Shown here: positions 1 to 9,885 of the stretch, piece after piece
Layout: each line of letters starts with the position of its first letter
How positions within the stretch are numbered: the stretch's first letter is position 1
Assembly: GCF_004010195.1 (NCBI RefSeq)
Contig: NC_057728.1
Coordinates: 53,639,877 to 53,659,876 of the forward strand
Source: Chiloscyllium plagiosum
Taxonomy: Eukaryota
DNA: 20,000 nucleotides
Reading direction: 5' to 3'
Notes under the pieces: generated by a model
The model's database searches: none
What the model saw: the letters and a program-made list of their open reading frames with translations, nothing else
Told to the model about the DNA's origin: nothing
Position numbers and translations under genes: made by a program

Positions 1-777
1 GCTCAGTCAAGGAATATATCCATCTACAGTACACAGAGTGGACAATGGTCAGTTCAATAGGGCAAGCACTAGCAGTTCAGGGGAGTCAGGGCTGCAGTAT
101 TGGGAGAGTAGACACACTTAAAGGTGAAAGGGCAACTCAAGCTGTATGCAGGACAGTATTCGCGGACATGATAGACTACATCCAGGGGTGGACTTATTGC
201 CAGTGACCACCATTGTGGACTCCACAGGAGGGGAGCATAGAGGGCCAGTATGGATATAATTAGAGTTAATGTTGAGACTCAGGAGACAAGGTGGAAGTTG
301 GAGGCAAAGGTCAATATGGTGGGTCTCCACATTGGACAGAAAGTGGAAATGGACTGTTGGGATAGCATGACGTATAAGTGGACATGGAGACTCTTGGAGG
401 TTACCTGGTGACCAGATAAATCCCAGTTGCTGATGGTGTCCACCACAAGCTCCATTCCCTGCTATCATTGGCAAGCTGTAGGACTGAAATGTAACCGGAA
501 AATGGATGGCACAATGTCCAGGGTAGACAAATTAGTGTCACTTTGATGGAAAAATTGTGGGATCCACATCTGTAAAATGACAAGTCACTGAAAGTCACAA
601 ATAAAGCAGGCACTTGCAAACCCGTTACATTTTCATTTCCCATTTCCTATGCATGCAAAGTGAATGTGCTTAGGGTGAAATGTTGATCAAAGGCAATTTG
701 TACCATTCCATTGGTCCTTGCAAATTGAATGTTAGAATCTAATGATGTTAAGGTTAGCAGTAATGACTTAAAAGGAA

Positions 778-985
778 TTGGAGTGCATTATTTCCCCCTC
801 CAACTCTATTTTGATTTAATCCCTGCCCTCCCCTTCACTGTTTGATCACACAGCATTGCCCTTTGTGAAGGGCACTGCCTGTCACTGGCCACTCGGGTGT
901 TTCCTTTCTTCCTGGTGGTGGAAATTTGAATAAAGATTTGTGCACCTTGTGTCTCTCACTGTCTCACACCTGCACACAAAGAAAA
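778..985 (+). mobile_element. Short, 5'-truncated retrotransposed insert (probable L1/Tx1-type 3' UTR fragment)
   Basis: Perfect 13-bp direct repeat GACTTAAAAGGAA at 765-777 and 986-998; AATAAA at 929-934; short A-rich end (ACAAAGAAAA) next to the right repeat. Confidence 0.7.
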
Positions 986-2219
986 GACTTAAAAGGAAGC
1001 CAAATGCTGGCCAAAAGTGAACTGTTAGTCCTGCAATTTCCAAGGGTACTGTGGGAGGCACAGACCATGGTTTTAATTTATCATGTAATTTTAACAATGA
1101 AAAGTTGAATAATTGATGTGGATCTGTGATGGAAAAGGTATCAGCACAGCAGCAGTCCCTTTCTGATGTAACAGGTTGGTCACTCAGTCAGCACGGCAAC
1201 TGCACATGTTAAGACTGAAGCTGAATGAATAACGGCGACATGCCCCTTGTTACTGGGGTGCAGTGTGCCTCACAGTGTGTATGGAGAAGAGTGTTCAGCC
1301 CTTATCTGCAGGTGTGCCACAAATGACTCTTCTGAGATTTGTCTTTTGCCCCTTGTGTTCTCAATGTAGGTCATTTCCACTGAGGGTTCTGTGTCCTAGT
1401 AATGGTGGGATGTTTGTCACAGCAGCTGCCTTCCTAAGAAGGTGAAGTGGATGCGGAAAGTGTTGGGCTGATGGTAAATCCATGCGCAGCAACATGCTAG
1501 CATGTAGGACAACAGGTAGATAGGTAGACAACTCAAGGAGAGGTCACAGCCGCAGGGGCCCTCAGGATGCATGGGGTCTGCAGGTCACACAGTGGTCTTT
1601 CAACCCCAACTCCATTTTTCTGGGGATTCGTGAAGTCCAGACTCGACATAACTTGGATTCCATTTGCAAAGAATGTGTGTCATACTTAAACATAAACTAT
1701 AAACCATATGGAATCTTCTGAAACTGCTGTTCCTTTTATAATATTTATGAAAATGCTGAAAAAGGTGACTGCCAAAAGTAAAATGATTTGATCTATGGAT
1801 TCAGATGACCACATTTTCTTAAAACGAACAAAATTTCAGATTAAGAAGCATACTTTGAACCCATCAAGAGAACATTTCTTGACCTGATTCGATTTTTTTT
1901 TTCAGTAACAAACTCTAAGGTGAATATTTGAACACAAGGATATAGGTTGTGGAAAATCTACATAATACAATATTTGGAAAGTCTACCTCCTAAAGCAATC
2001 ATGTTGACAGAAGCTTTTACAGAAGCTTTAAGTGTTGGCTGAAAGGCACAATATCGTTACTACAGAGATAACAGCAAAAAGGATAACAATAATGCAGCAA
2101 AAATTTGAGAATATCCAGGTGTGAGCTGACATGTGGCAAGTAACATGCACAACCCACAAAAAAACCATTGGCCATTTTCAACAATACAGAATCTCACCAT
2201 CCCAGCCTGACATGACTCA

Positions 2220-2438
2220 AATCAAGTCACCATAGTCTTACTAGACCATACAGTTGCTCTCTCATCAGACAGATGCTCAGGTAATGATTTAACCTACAGC
2301 CTCCATACCTTAGACGAGGGGGGGAGGTTGAGAAGGTGAGTTATGGTAACCTTAGTCAGTGTGGGAATTAAACCCACACTGTCAGCATCATAGAGTTTTG
2401 CAAGCCAACTGTCCAGCTAAATGAGCTAAACTGATCCC
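2220..2438 (-). mobile_element. Decayed tRNA-derived SINE (family distinct from HE1)
   Basis: Minus strand has an A-box-like TAGCTCATTTAGCTGG (about 2413-2428) and a B-box-like GGGTTTAATTCCC (about 2363-2375) in a tRNA-like head. It interrupts the LINE at 2110-3200. Confidence 0.6.
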
Positions 2439-2584
2439 CAATGACATTACTACCATGGAATCTCCCATTATTGATAGACTGGAAGTTACCATTGACCAGA
2501 AACAGGGTAGGACTAACTATATAAATACATTGGCTGCAAGAGAAAGTCAGAGGCTAGGAATGTTGCAGCAAATAATTCACCTCC

Positions 2585-2683
2585 AGTTTTGAAGAAAGGT
2601 CATTAGACCCAAACGCTAACTTTGTTTTCTCTTCATAGATGCTGCCATATCTGCTGAGTTTCTCTAGCAATTTCTGGTTTTGC
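2585..2683 (+). mobile_element. 99-bp Penelope-like/retrozyme-like mini-insert with a degenerate minimal hammerhead ribozyme
   Basis: 11-bp TSD AATTCACCTCC at 2574-2584 and 2684-2694. Internal layout AGT-T-TTGAAGA-AA-GGTC-ATTA-GACC-C-AAAC-GCTA-ACT resembles the CUGANGA / stem II / GAAAC hammerhead arrangement. Confidence 0.65.
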
Positions 2684-3209
2684 AATTCACCTCCTGTCTC
2701 CTCAAGCTTATCCACCATCTACAAGGCACAAGTCAGGACTGTGATAGAATGTCCCCCATTTGCCTGATGAATGCAGCTCCAGCATCGGTAAAGAAACTCA
2801 TTATCGTCCAGGACAAAGCAGCCCAATTGATGGGTACCATATCCATAAACATTCACTCCCTCCACCATCAATGTTAAGTAGCAACAGTATGTAGAGAGCA
2901 GAAATTCATCAAAACTCCTTAGACAGCAGCCTCCAAACCCACAATACAAGGGCAGTAGATACATGGGAAAACCACCACCAGAAGTTCTCTTGTAAGACAC
3001 TCACCATCATGACTTGAAAGTATATCACAGTTCCATCAGTGTAGTTGGATCAAAATCCTGGAATTCTCTCCCTAACAGCATTGAGGGTGTATCCACATAG
3101 TGGTTCATGAAGACAGCTCATCACCATCTTCTGAAGGACTACAAAGGATGGACAATAATTGCTGGCCCTGATAGTGATTCCCAATCTCATGAATGAATTT
3201 TTATAAAAG

Positions 3210-3633
3210 TCAACATGAGAATACTTGGTTTCAGAATGTCATTCATTTACCACTGTCCTGAGACTCCTGCATGACAAAATGACTGCTGTTGTGCTGTGTG
3301 GAGAAGCTGAAAATGACACATTTTACAGGCAGACCATGGACAATCAAGGTTGTGTCGTTACCCCAACTTGTGACCTACCTAATTACCATCATTCACCTTA
3401 TCTGAGATGACCTACCACTCAGCATAAATATTTAATGTAATCTGGACAGAAAGCTCCTCAACTTTGATCGCCATCAGCAGAAACAAAACTCCCCACAATG
3501 GTCTTTCAGGACCTTCAGTTTGCGGATAACTGCAATATGATGGCTCACTCTGCACAAGACATGAAAAGGATGCTCAACGTTTTGAACAATTCATATATGA
3601 TAATTGGCTTGTCCTTGAATATTGTCAAGACAA
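3210..3633 (+). mobile_element. RTE-clade LINE, segment 1 (RT motifs)
   Basis: Translations LRLLHDKMTAVV, NQGCVVTPT and DLQFADNCNMMAHS...GLSLNIVKT match RTE RT motifs (QGC.LAP, FADD, GL.IN..KT). Confidence 0.75.
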
Positions 3634-3909
3634 TCTATTGCTTCTCGGCCTTTTGGCTCGGAATAAGTGTAGTCCCTGAGGACCAGAGGAAGAGATTCTG
3701 CTCGAGTGCTACAGGTTCGACGCAGCAGATGTGTGCTGGCAGGGGAGATACCACGGGGGTCATGTTGCGAGTCGTCGGTGCTGCTGGAGATCATCGCTGG
3801 ATCGTGATAGGACGTTGGAGGTTCTTTTGGTTGTGTTGACCTGCTCTTGGTGGATCTTTATGCTGGCTACGGCCTAATGCCAATTCAGGTACCAGCCAAC
3901 CTCAGAGCT

Positions 3910-5358
3910 ATGGCCTCAGCAGCCGCTCGCAGCCCAGGCCAAGGCATTCACAACACAGTCAGGGTGACTGTGAAGAAGGTGGAGGAATGTACACCAGTCG
4001 ATCGGACTGTGTTTGTCAAGAAGATTTTGCTGGAGTGCTGTGGGTTCGACGCAGCGGACGTGTATTGTGTGCAGGATTTCCCTGGGGCAGGCTATTTTGA
4101 CGTGAAGAATTGCAAGCAGCTCCTGAAGGTCTTCAAGGAGAAGGAAGGAGAACCTCTGTTCTCCATCTTGTCGACAGTCCTGTTATGTGTGCTTCCTGCG
4201 CAGAGGAGTTGGGTTGTTACAATCCATATGTACAACCCCCACGTCCCAGCAGCGGATGTCCTGACCTTCCTGAGAAGATACGTCCATGTCAAGGGAGAAA
4301 GCACCGATGTGGTCGATCCTTTCGGGATCTGGACAAGCAAGCGGTAAGTCAGGGTAACCCTGAGGGTCGATGCCAGTGGGAACATCTTCCACCCACCCTC
4401 CAGCTTTGCAATTGGAGGAAGCAGAGGTTACCTGATGTATGCAGGGCAGCAGAAAGTGTGCCGAACCTGCGGGAGGTCAGGCCACATAGCGGCGAAATGT
4501 AAGGTGATCGTCTGTCAAAACTGCAAGCAGGAAGGCCAAGGAATGTAAAGAGGCCAAGAACTGTAATCTGTGTGGAGAGGCGGACCACATGTACAAGGCC
4601 TGCCCAAGATGAGGGGCCGCCACCTATGCACAGATGGCCAGAGGTGGCAACACAAACCATGGACCGTATAAGACCAGCAAGGTACTACAAAACCGCACGG
4701 GAACGGTGTCTGGTGGCACCCAGATGGAAAGGCAGGCTGGAGCGGAGCAGACGGCAGACAGCGGGGAGGTGCAGCAGCCGATCCAAGTTCCTTCAAGACA
4801 GACGGAGGAAATGTAAGAGGAGGGAGCAAAGGAGGCAGACGATTGGGTTACTGTCAAAAGCAGGAAGAGGAAACATCGCCAGACCACCAAAGTCACCCAG
4901 CAAAGGGGGAAACGACACCTACACAACGAGGATACAGGCAGCTCTTCCGATGGTGAGGACGGGCGCAAGGAGGGTCGTCACCAGAGGAAGAGACAGAGCG
5001 CCGTGGGGAAAAAGGAGGGCAGCACCGCCAAACAGGGAAAGACGATGCCTCTGAGGGGATGGGTAAAGACCTCCCCCCACCTGGTGAGAACCAAGAGGTA
5101 CCCACCGGCCCACAGCTCCAGGTAACTGGGAGCAGTGGTCCTGTGACAGCCCTGCTGTCAGACAAAGAACTGGACTGTGCGGACCCTGGTACCCACCCAA
5201 AGACACCAGAGCGTGGAAATGGCCCCAGCGTGGAGCCGGACAGCTACCTCAGCCCTGGGAGGGTCCAGCAGTTTGCCATCACCATGGGGATGCACACAGC
5301 TACCCCAGAGAGGCAAGACCAGCAGCAAGTGGACATTGGTAACCTCGTAAACTGTTAA
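3910..5358 (+). pseudogene. Tx1-type ORF1 (ZCCHC3-like nucleic-acid-binding protein with three CCHC knuckles), disrupted
   Basis: ATG at 3910 (MASAAARSPGQG...QDFPGAGYFDV...MYNPHVPAADVLTFL...DPFGIWTSKR); premature TAA at 4345-4347. Knuckles CRTCGRSGHIAAKC (4459-4500), CQNCKQEG (frameshifted) and CNLCGEADHMYKAC (4562-4603); low-complexity C-terminal region ending TAA at 5356-5358. Confidence 0.88.
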
Positions 5359-5359
5359 A

Positions 5360-8300
5360 ATCGGGATAGAAATTGGAAGCATCAATGTGCGTAGCATCAA
5401 ATCGGCTCCGCGATGTGTTTCTACCATGGCCTTCCTGGCCAACGTTAAAGCTGACGTCCTGTTTCTGCAGGAGTTTGGGATACTGCACCTCAGTAGCTAC
5501 AGGAGATGGTCGAGATTGTGGGCCTATGGGCCGTCAGTTTGGTCGGGGGGCAACAATAATCGCGCCTCCGACCTGGGTATCCTGTTGTGAGGAGGCAACC
5601 TCACCATCTCCGAGGTTAAGGAGATGGTGGGCGGGCGCCTCCTCATCACTGACGTCATGTACAGGAATACTCCCCTGAAACTGATTAATGTGTATGCCCC
5701 AGTGGGTAAGAGTGAACGGTTGGCCGTCCTGCAGTAGCTTCCACTGTTGCTGGCTACGTCCAGACCAGTCCTTCTGGCCGGAGACTTCAACTGTATCATT
5801 GATGCAGATGGACGATCCGGCGGGGGAGGGACAGTAAACTGGATGCCACGTCTAGAGCACTGATGGAAACGGTAAAAGATGCCAAGCTGCACGACGTCTT
5901 CAGCACCCCTGCAGACGGAGCACAGTGTAAATACACCTGGTCACGGGCAGATGGGTCAATCCGCTCAAGGATAGATTACCTGTTTGTGTCCTGAATGTTC
6001 TCGGTCGGATCCACTGACGTCAAGCCGGTGTTCTTCTCTGACCACTGCCTCCTACTGGCCGACTGTCACCTACAGGACGAGCAGCAGGCTGGTAAGGGAA
6101 CGTAGAAGCTGAACACAAAACTGTTGACCCCGGGAAACATTGAGGAGCTCAAGAGGGACTACACAGGTTGGAGAACCGTGAAGCCCCTCCAGCAGACTGG
6201 TGGGAAACAGTAAAAGGGAACATCAAGAAGTTCTTCATCCTCAAAGGTGTTCAGGAGGCGAGAGAGGCAGGGAAAACTGTCTCAGCTCCAGGAAAGTATG
6301 CAGAACCTGCTCCTGCTGCAGACGTTGGGGCTCGATGTCACAGAGGACCTCAAGGAGGTGAAGGGCCAGCAAGCCTCGCTCTTTGCCTCGGAGGCCTCCA
6401 AGATAATCTTCCGGTCCAGGGTCCGCTCGGTGGAGCAGGACGATACGTGCTCACGTTTTTTCTTCCAGAAGGTGCACAAAGAGAGCTCCATGCTCAGAAA
6501 CCTGAAGGAAGAAGATGGCTCGATAACATCATCTCAGGCTGACGTCATGAGGATCAGCAAATCCTTCTATGCCAGTCTGTATGACGCGAAGCCAGCCAAC
6601 AGCGCGGCCTCCCAGTCATTCCTGTCCTCTATCACGGAGGTCTTAGACGACAGAACACGGGAGAGGCTGGACCAGCCGCGATCTCTGGACAAGCTGACAA
6701 AGGCCCTCGAGTCCTTCGAAAAGAATAAAACTTCCAGAAGCAACGGCTTACCGGTCGAGCTCTATTCTGCTCTGTGGGACTTGATTGGCCAGGACCTGCT
6801 GGAGGTGTATGTCAGTATGCTTCGGGCAGGTACCATGAGTGAATCCATGAGAAAAGGCAACATCATCATCATCTACAAGTGGAAGGGGGAGAGGGAAGAA
6901 CTCAGAAATTGAAGACCAATCTCACTATTGAATGAGGATTACAAAATTTTGTCAAAGGTTATCGTCTGCTCTGGGGTCGGTGATTCACCCTGACCAAACC
7001 TGTGAGGCAGGAAGATCGCTGAGAGTCTCGCACTCCTCAGGGATACGATTGCCTACGTGCAGGACAGCGGGGTGGACACCTGCCTCATCAGCCTGGACCA
7101 GGAGAAAGCCTTTGACAGGATATCACACACGTATATGAGAGATGTTCTCTCCAAAATGGGCTTTGGGGAGGGAATCTGCAATTGGATCAGACTGCTCCAC
7201 ACCAGTGCAGTCTCAATCAATGGGTGAGAATCAGATAGCTTCCCAGTCAGATCTGGAGTCAGGCAGGGCTGCCCTCTCTCTCCTGCTTTGTTTGTGTGCT
7301 GCATAGAGCCATTTGCTGAGTCCATCAGAAAGGATGCGAGCCTGAGAGGGGTGACTATTCCTGGCAGCGGGGGCCTGCAGGTTAAGGCCTCCCTGTACAT
7401 GGATGATGACGCTGCTTTCTGCTCGGATCTGTCCATGCACAGACTCAGGTGCATCTGTGACCAGTTCGAATGGGCCTTGGGGGCTCTTCAGGAACTGGGC
7501 CGACCAATCCTCGATCCCCTTCACCGTCAGGACCGACCACCTGAAGGTGCTGGGTTGGTTCGGGGGGGCTGGGGTGTGCTCTCCATCGTGGGAAAAAACC
7601 TGGTCATCAGGTGTGAGGCACTGTCATTGCTGTTATACGTGGCACAGGTCTGGCCTATTCCCAGAACCTGTGCCGCTGCAGTCACCCGGGCCATCTTCCA
7701 ATTTATATGGAGATCAAAAATGGACCGTGTCCAAAGGGACTTGATGTATAAAGATCTGGGCAACGGGGGAAAAAACACACCCAATGCCACCCTCACCCTG
7801 ATGTGTGTGGCTGCGTCAAGCTGTGCGTGGATCCCCGGTACGCAAGCACCAAATGTCACTACGTACTGAGGTTCTACCTGTCCCCGGTGTTGCAAAGGAT
7901 GGGCCTGGCCTCGCTGCCGCGGAACGCTCCGAGTAGTTGGACCATTCCGTATCACCAGTCCTTTGTGGAGAAGTTTATGAAGAAAAACACCTTTGACCAC
8001 AAGTCCATCAGGAAGTGATCAGCACGTAGTGTTCTTGAGACCCTTCGGGAAAAGGAGAGGGCAGATCCTATCGAACGATTCCCTGAGCAGACTTCAAAGC
8101 CATTTGGCAGAATGCCTCATCGCCAGAACTTTCCAACAAGCACCAAGACATGGCTTGGCTGGTGGTGAGAAGGGCTCTGCCTGTGAGATCTTTTATGCAT
8201 GCCCAGACTCTCAGCCGCACCGCACGCTGCCCTCGAAGCAGCTGCGGGGGGGACGAGACTGTCACATACCTCATTCTGGAATGTGCCTATGCAGAAGAAG

Positions 8301-8629
8301 TCTGGAGAGGAGTGCAGTGGTGTTTATCGAGGTTCGTCCCGAGCAGCGCCGTGACGCGGGACTCCGTGTTCTATGGTCTGTTCCCTGGGACACACACTGA
8401 GACGAACATCAACTGTGCCTGGAGGATCATCAACTCAGTGAAGGGCGCTCTCTGGGCGGTCCGAAACCTGTTATCTTCCAGCTGAAGGAGGTTGACCCCG
8501 ACTGAGTGTTGCAGACTGGCACATTCCAAGGTCCAGGACTACGTGTTGAGGGACGCGCTGAAGCTTGGGGCAGCTGCCGCCAAGGTGTGGTGGGGAAAGA
8601 CGTCTGCCTGCCTAAACACAAAGGGCTGA
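5360..8629 (+). pseudogene. Tx1-type ORF2 (APE endonuclease, reverse transcriptase, C-terminal Cys-rich zf), disrupted
   Basis: APE motifs SINVRS, DVLFLQE, INVYAP, LAGDFNC, SRIDY, FSDH; RT motifs RPISLLN, SLDQEKAFDRISH, GVRQGCPLSP, LYMDD; C-terminal CPRSSCGGDETVTYLILEC. Many stops and frameshifts. Confidence 0.92.
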
Positions 8630-8815
8630 TGCAGTAAGGGGGCTCCGCTGACCCTCCAGCTAAATATGTGGATAGTAATCATACAGACCTGTATATATGA
8701 ATGATTACTCTGTCTCTATATGCAAAGAAATGGAATGTTTACGTATGTATGGCATGACCAATTGTGCAGATCATCAAAATATTTTATGAATAAAGTATAT
8801 TTTTGAAATAAAAAA

Positions 8816-8911
8816 AAGACAAAGGTCCTCCACAACATTCCTGGGCCCATCAAGCATATCACACTCCATCTATACAGATGGGGTGTCTCTGGAGAATGTG
8901 TAGCACTTCCC
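8816..8911 (+). mobile_element. RTE-clade LINE, segment 2
   Basis: Continues segment 1 across the TSD: KTKVLH...DGVSLENV*HFP. Confidence 0.65.
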
Positions 8912-9237
8912 TTTTTTTAGATTAGATTAGATTCCCTACAGTGTAGAAACAGGCCCTTCGGCCCAACAAGTCCACACCGACCCTCCGAAGAGTAACCCAC
9001 CCAGACCCATTTCCTTCTGACTAATGCACCTAACACTATGGGCAATTTAGCATGGTCAATTCTCCTGATCTGCACATCTTTGGACTGCGGGAGGAAACCA
9101 GAGCACCCGGAGGAAATCCATGCAGACACTGGGAGAATGTGCAAACTCCACACAGTCAGTCGCCCAAGGCTGGAATCAAACCTGGGACCCTGGTGTTGTC
9201 AGGAAGCAGTGCTAACCACTGAACCACCGTGCCGCCC
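8912..9237 (-). mobile_element. HE1-type tRNA-derived SINE (V-SINE superfamily), full length
   Basis: Minus strand starts GGGCGGCACGGTGGTTCAGTGGTTAGCACTGCT (A box), has B box GGTTTGATTCC, a V-domain-like core TGTGGAGTTTGCACATTCTCCC...TGCTCTGGTTTCCTCCC, a CR1-like 3' end GGGCCGAAGGGCCTGTT and a (TCTAA)n tail. Confidence 0.9.
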
Positions 9238-9239
9238 CT

Positions 9240-9411
9240 ATGAGCCACTGTGCCACTCCTCAGCAGCCACTCTCCCAACAAGTTCAGTACTGAGTCAACT
9301 CTGCCATGTACCCTTCCTCAAGCAGAAGGTCAACAAAGGTCCTGGTCTTTAAGGATGCTAGGTTGACCACTCTCTTCTACCGCAGTGAAATGTGGACCAT
9401 CTAGTGACATT
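9240..9411 (+). mobile_element. RTE-clade LINE, segment 3
   Basis: TKVLVFKDARLTTLFYRSEMWTI resembles the RTE motif TK..VY.A.VL.TLLYG.ETWT. Confidence 0.6.
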
Positions 9412-9412
9412 T

Positions 9413-9884
9413 ATAGTCATAGAGATGTACAGCATGGAAACAGACCCTTCGGTCCAACCCGTCTATGCCGACCAGATACCCCAACCCAATCTAGTCCCAC
9501 CTGCCAGCACCTGGCCCATATCCCTCCAAACCCTTCCTATTCATATACCCATCCAAATACCTTTTAATTGTTACAATTGTACCTGCCTCCACCACTTCCT
9601 CTGGCAGCTCATTCCAAACACATACCACCCTCTGTGTGAAAAAGATGCCCCTTAGGTCTCTTTTATATCTTTCCCCTCTCACCCTAAACCTATGTCCTCT
9701 AGTTTTGGACTCCCCAACCCCAGGGAAAAAACTTTGTCTATTTATCCTATCCATGCCCCTCATAATTTTGTAAACGTCTATAAGATCAACCCTCAGCCTC
9801 CGACGTCCAGGGAAAACAGCCCCAGCCTGTTCAGTCTCTCCCTGTAGCTCAAATCCTCCAACCCTGGCAATATCCTTATAAATC
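9413..9884 (-). mobile_element. CR1-clade (HER1-like) LINE, 5'-truncated 3' fragment
   Basis: ORF2 C-terminus (TRGHRFRVRGERYKRDLRG.FFTQRVV.VWNELP) and CTCTATGACTAT tail; closely similar to copies at 17011-18151 and 19391-20000. Confidence 0.92.
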
Positions 9885-9885
9885 C

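Larger units (their letters stand above)
2110..3200 (+). mobile_element. Old decayed CR1-group (L2/Crack-like) LINE 3' portion, interrupted by two inserts
   Basis: Broken RT C-terminal reading frames (IYKAQVR.V.E, AAPAS.KKL..VQDKAAQL, IHSLHHQ) and an ATGAATGAAT tail near 3189-3198. The sequence is collinear across the inserts at about 2220-2438 and 2585-2683. Confidence 0.65.
3634..8815 (+). mobile_element. Apparently full-length L1/Tx1-type non-LTR retrotransposon, inactivated by stops, frameshifts and internal deletions
   Basis: About 275-bp CpG-containing 5' UTR, ORF1 with zinc knuckles, ORF2 with APE/RT/zf, AATAAA at 8789-8794 and 8807-8812 then an A-run. 7-bp TSD AAGACAA at 3627-3633 and 8816-8822; the host RTE reading frame (KT|KVLH) resumes after it. 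Confidence 0.93.

Noticed and set aside
118..1445. Short ORFs at 118-474, 401-643, 882-1097, 926-1108 and 1263-1445
   Set aside because: No recognisable domains, mostly non-ATG starts, and two cross the retro-insert boundary; consistent with chance.
1880..1925. Possible micro-exon: poly-T + CAG acceptor at 1905, 14 nt, then AAG|GTGAAT donor
   Set aside because: Not frame-preserving, weak donor and no other host exons identified; such motifs arise by chance next to T-runs. Only RNA-seq could support it.
3634..3909. Possible HDV-like ribozyme in the Tx1 5' UTR
   Set aside because: I could not identify the nested double-pseudoknot pairings by eye; this needs a descriptor or covariance search.
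4092..5206. Many overlapping antisense and alternative-frame ORFs in Tx1 ORF1, including Arg-rich 4572-5054
   Set aside because: Shadow frames of a GC/purine-rich, frameshifted ORF1; no independent evidence of an ORF0-like product.
9165..9237. tRNA-like sequence with A and B boxes
   Set aside because: It is the head of the HE1 SINE, continuous with the SINE body, not a tRNA gene.
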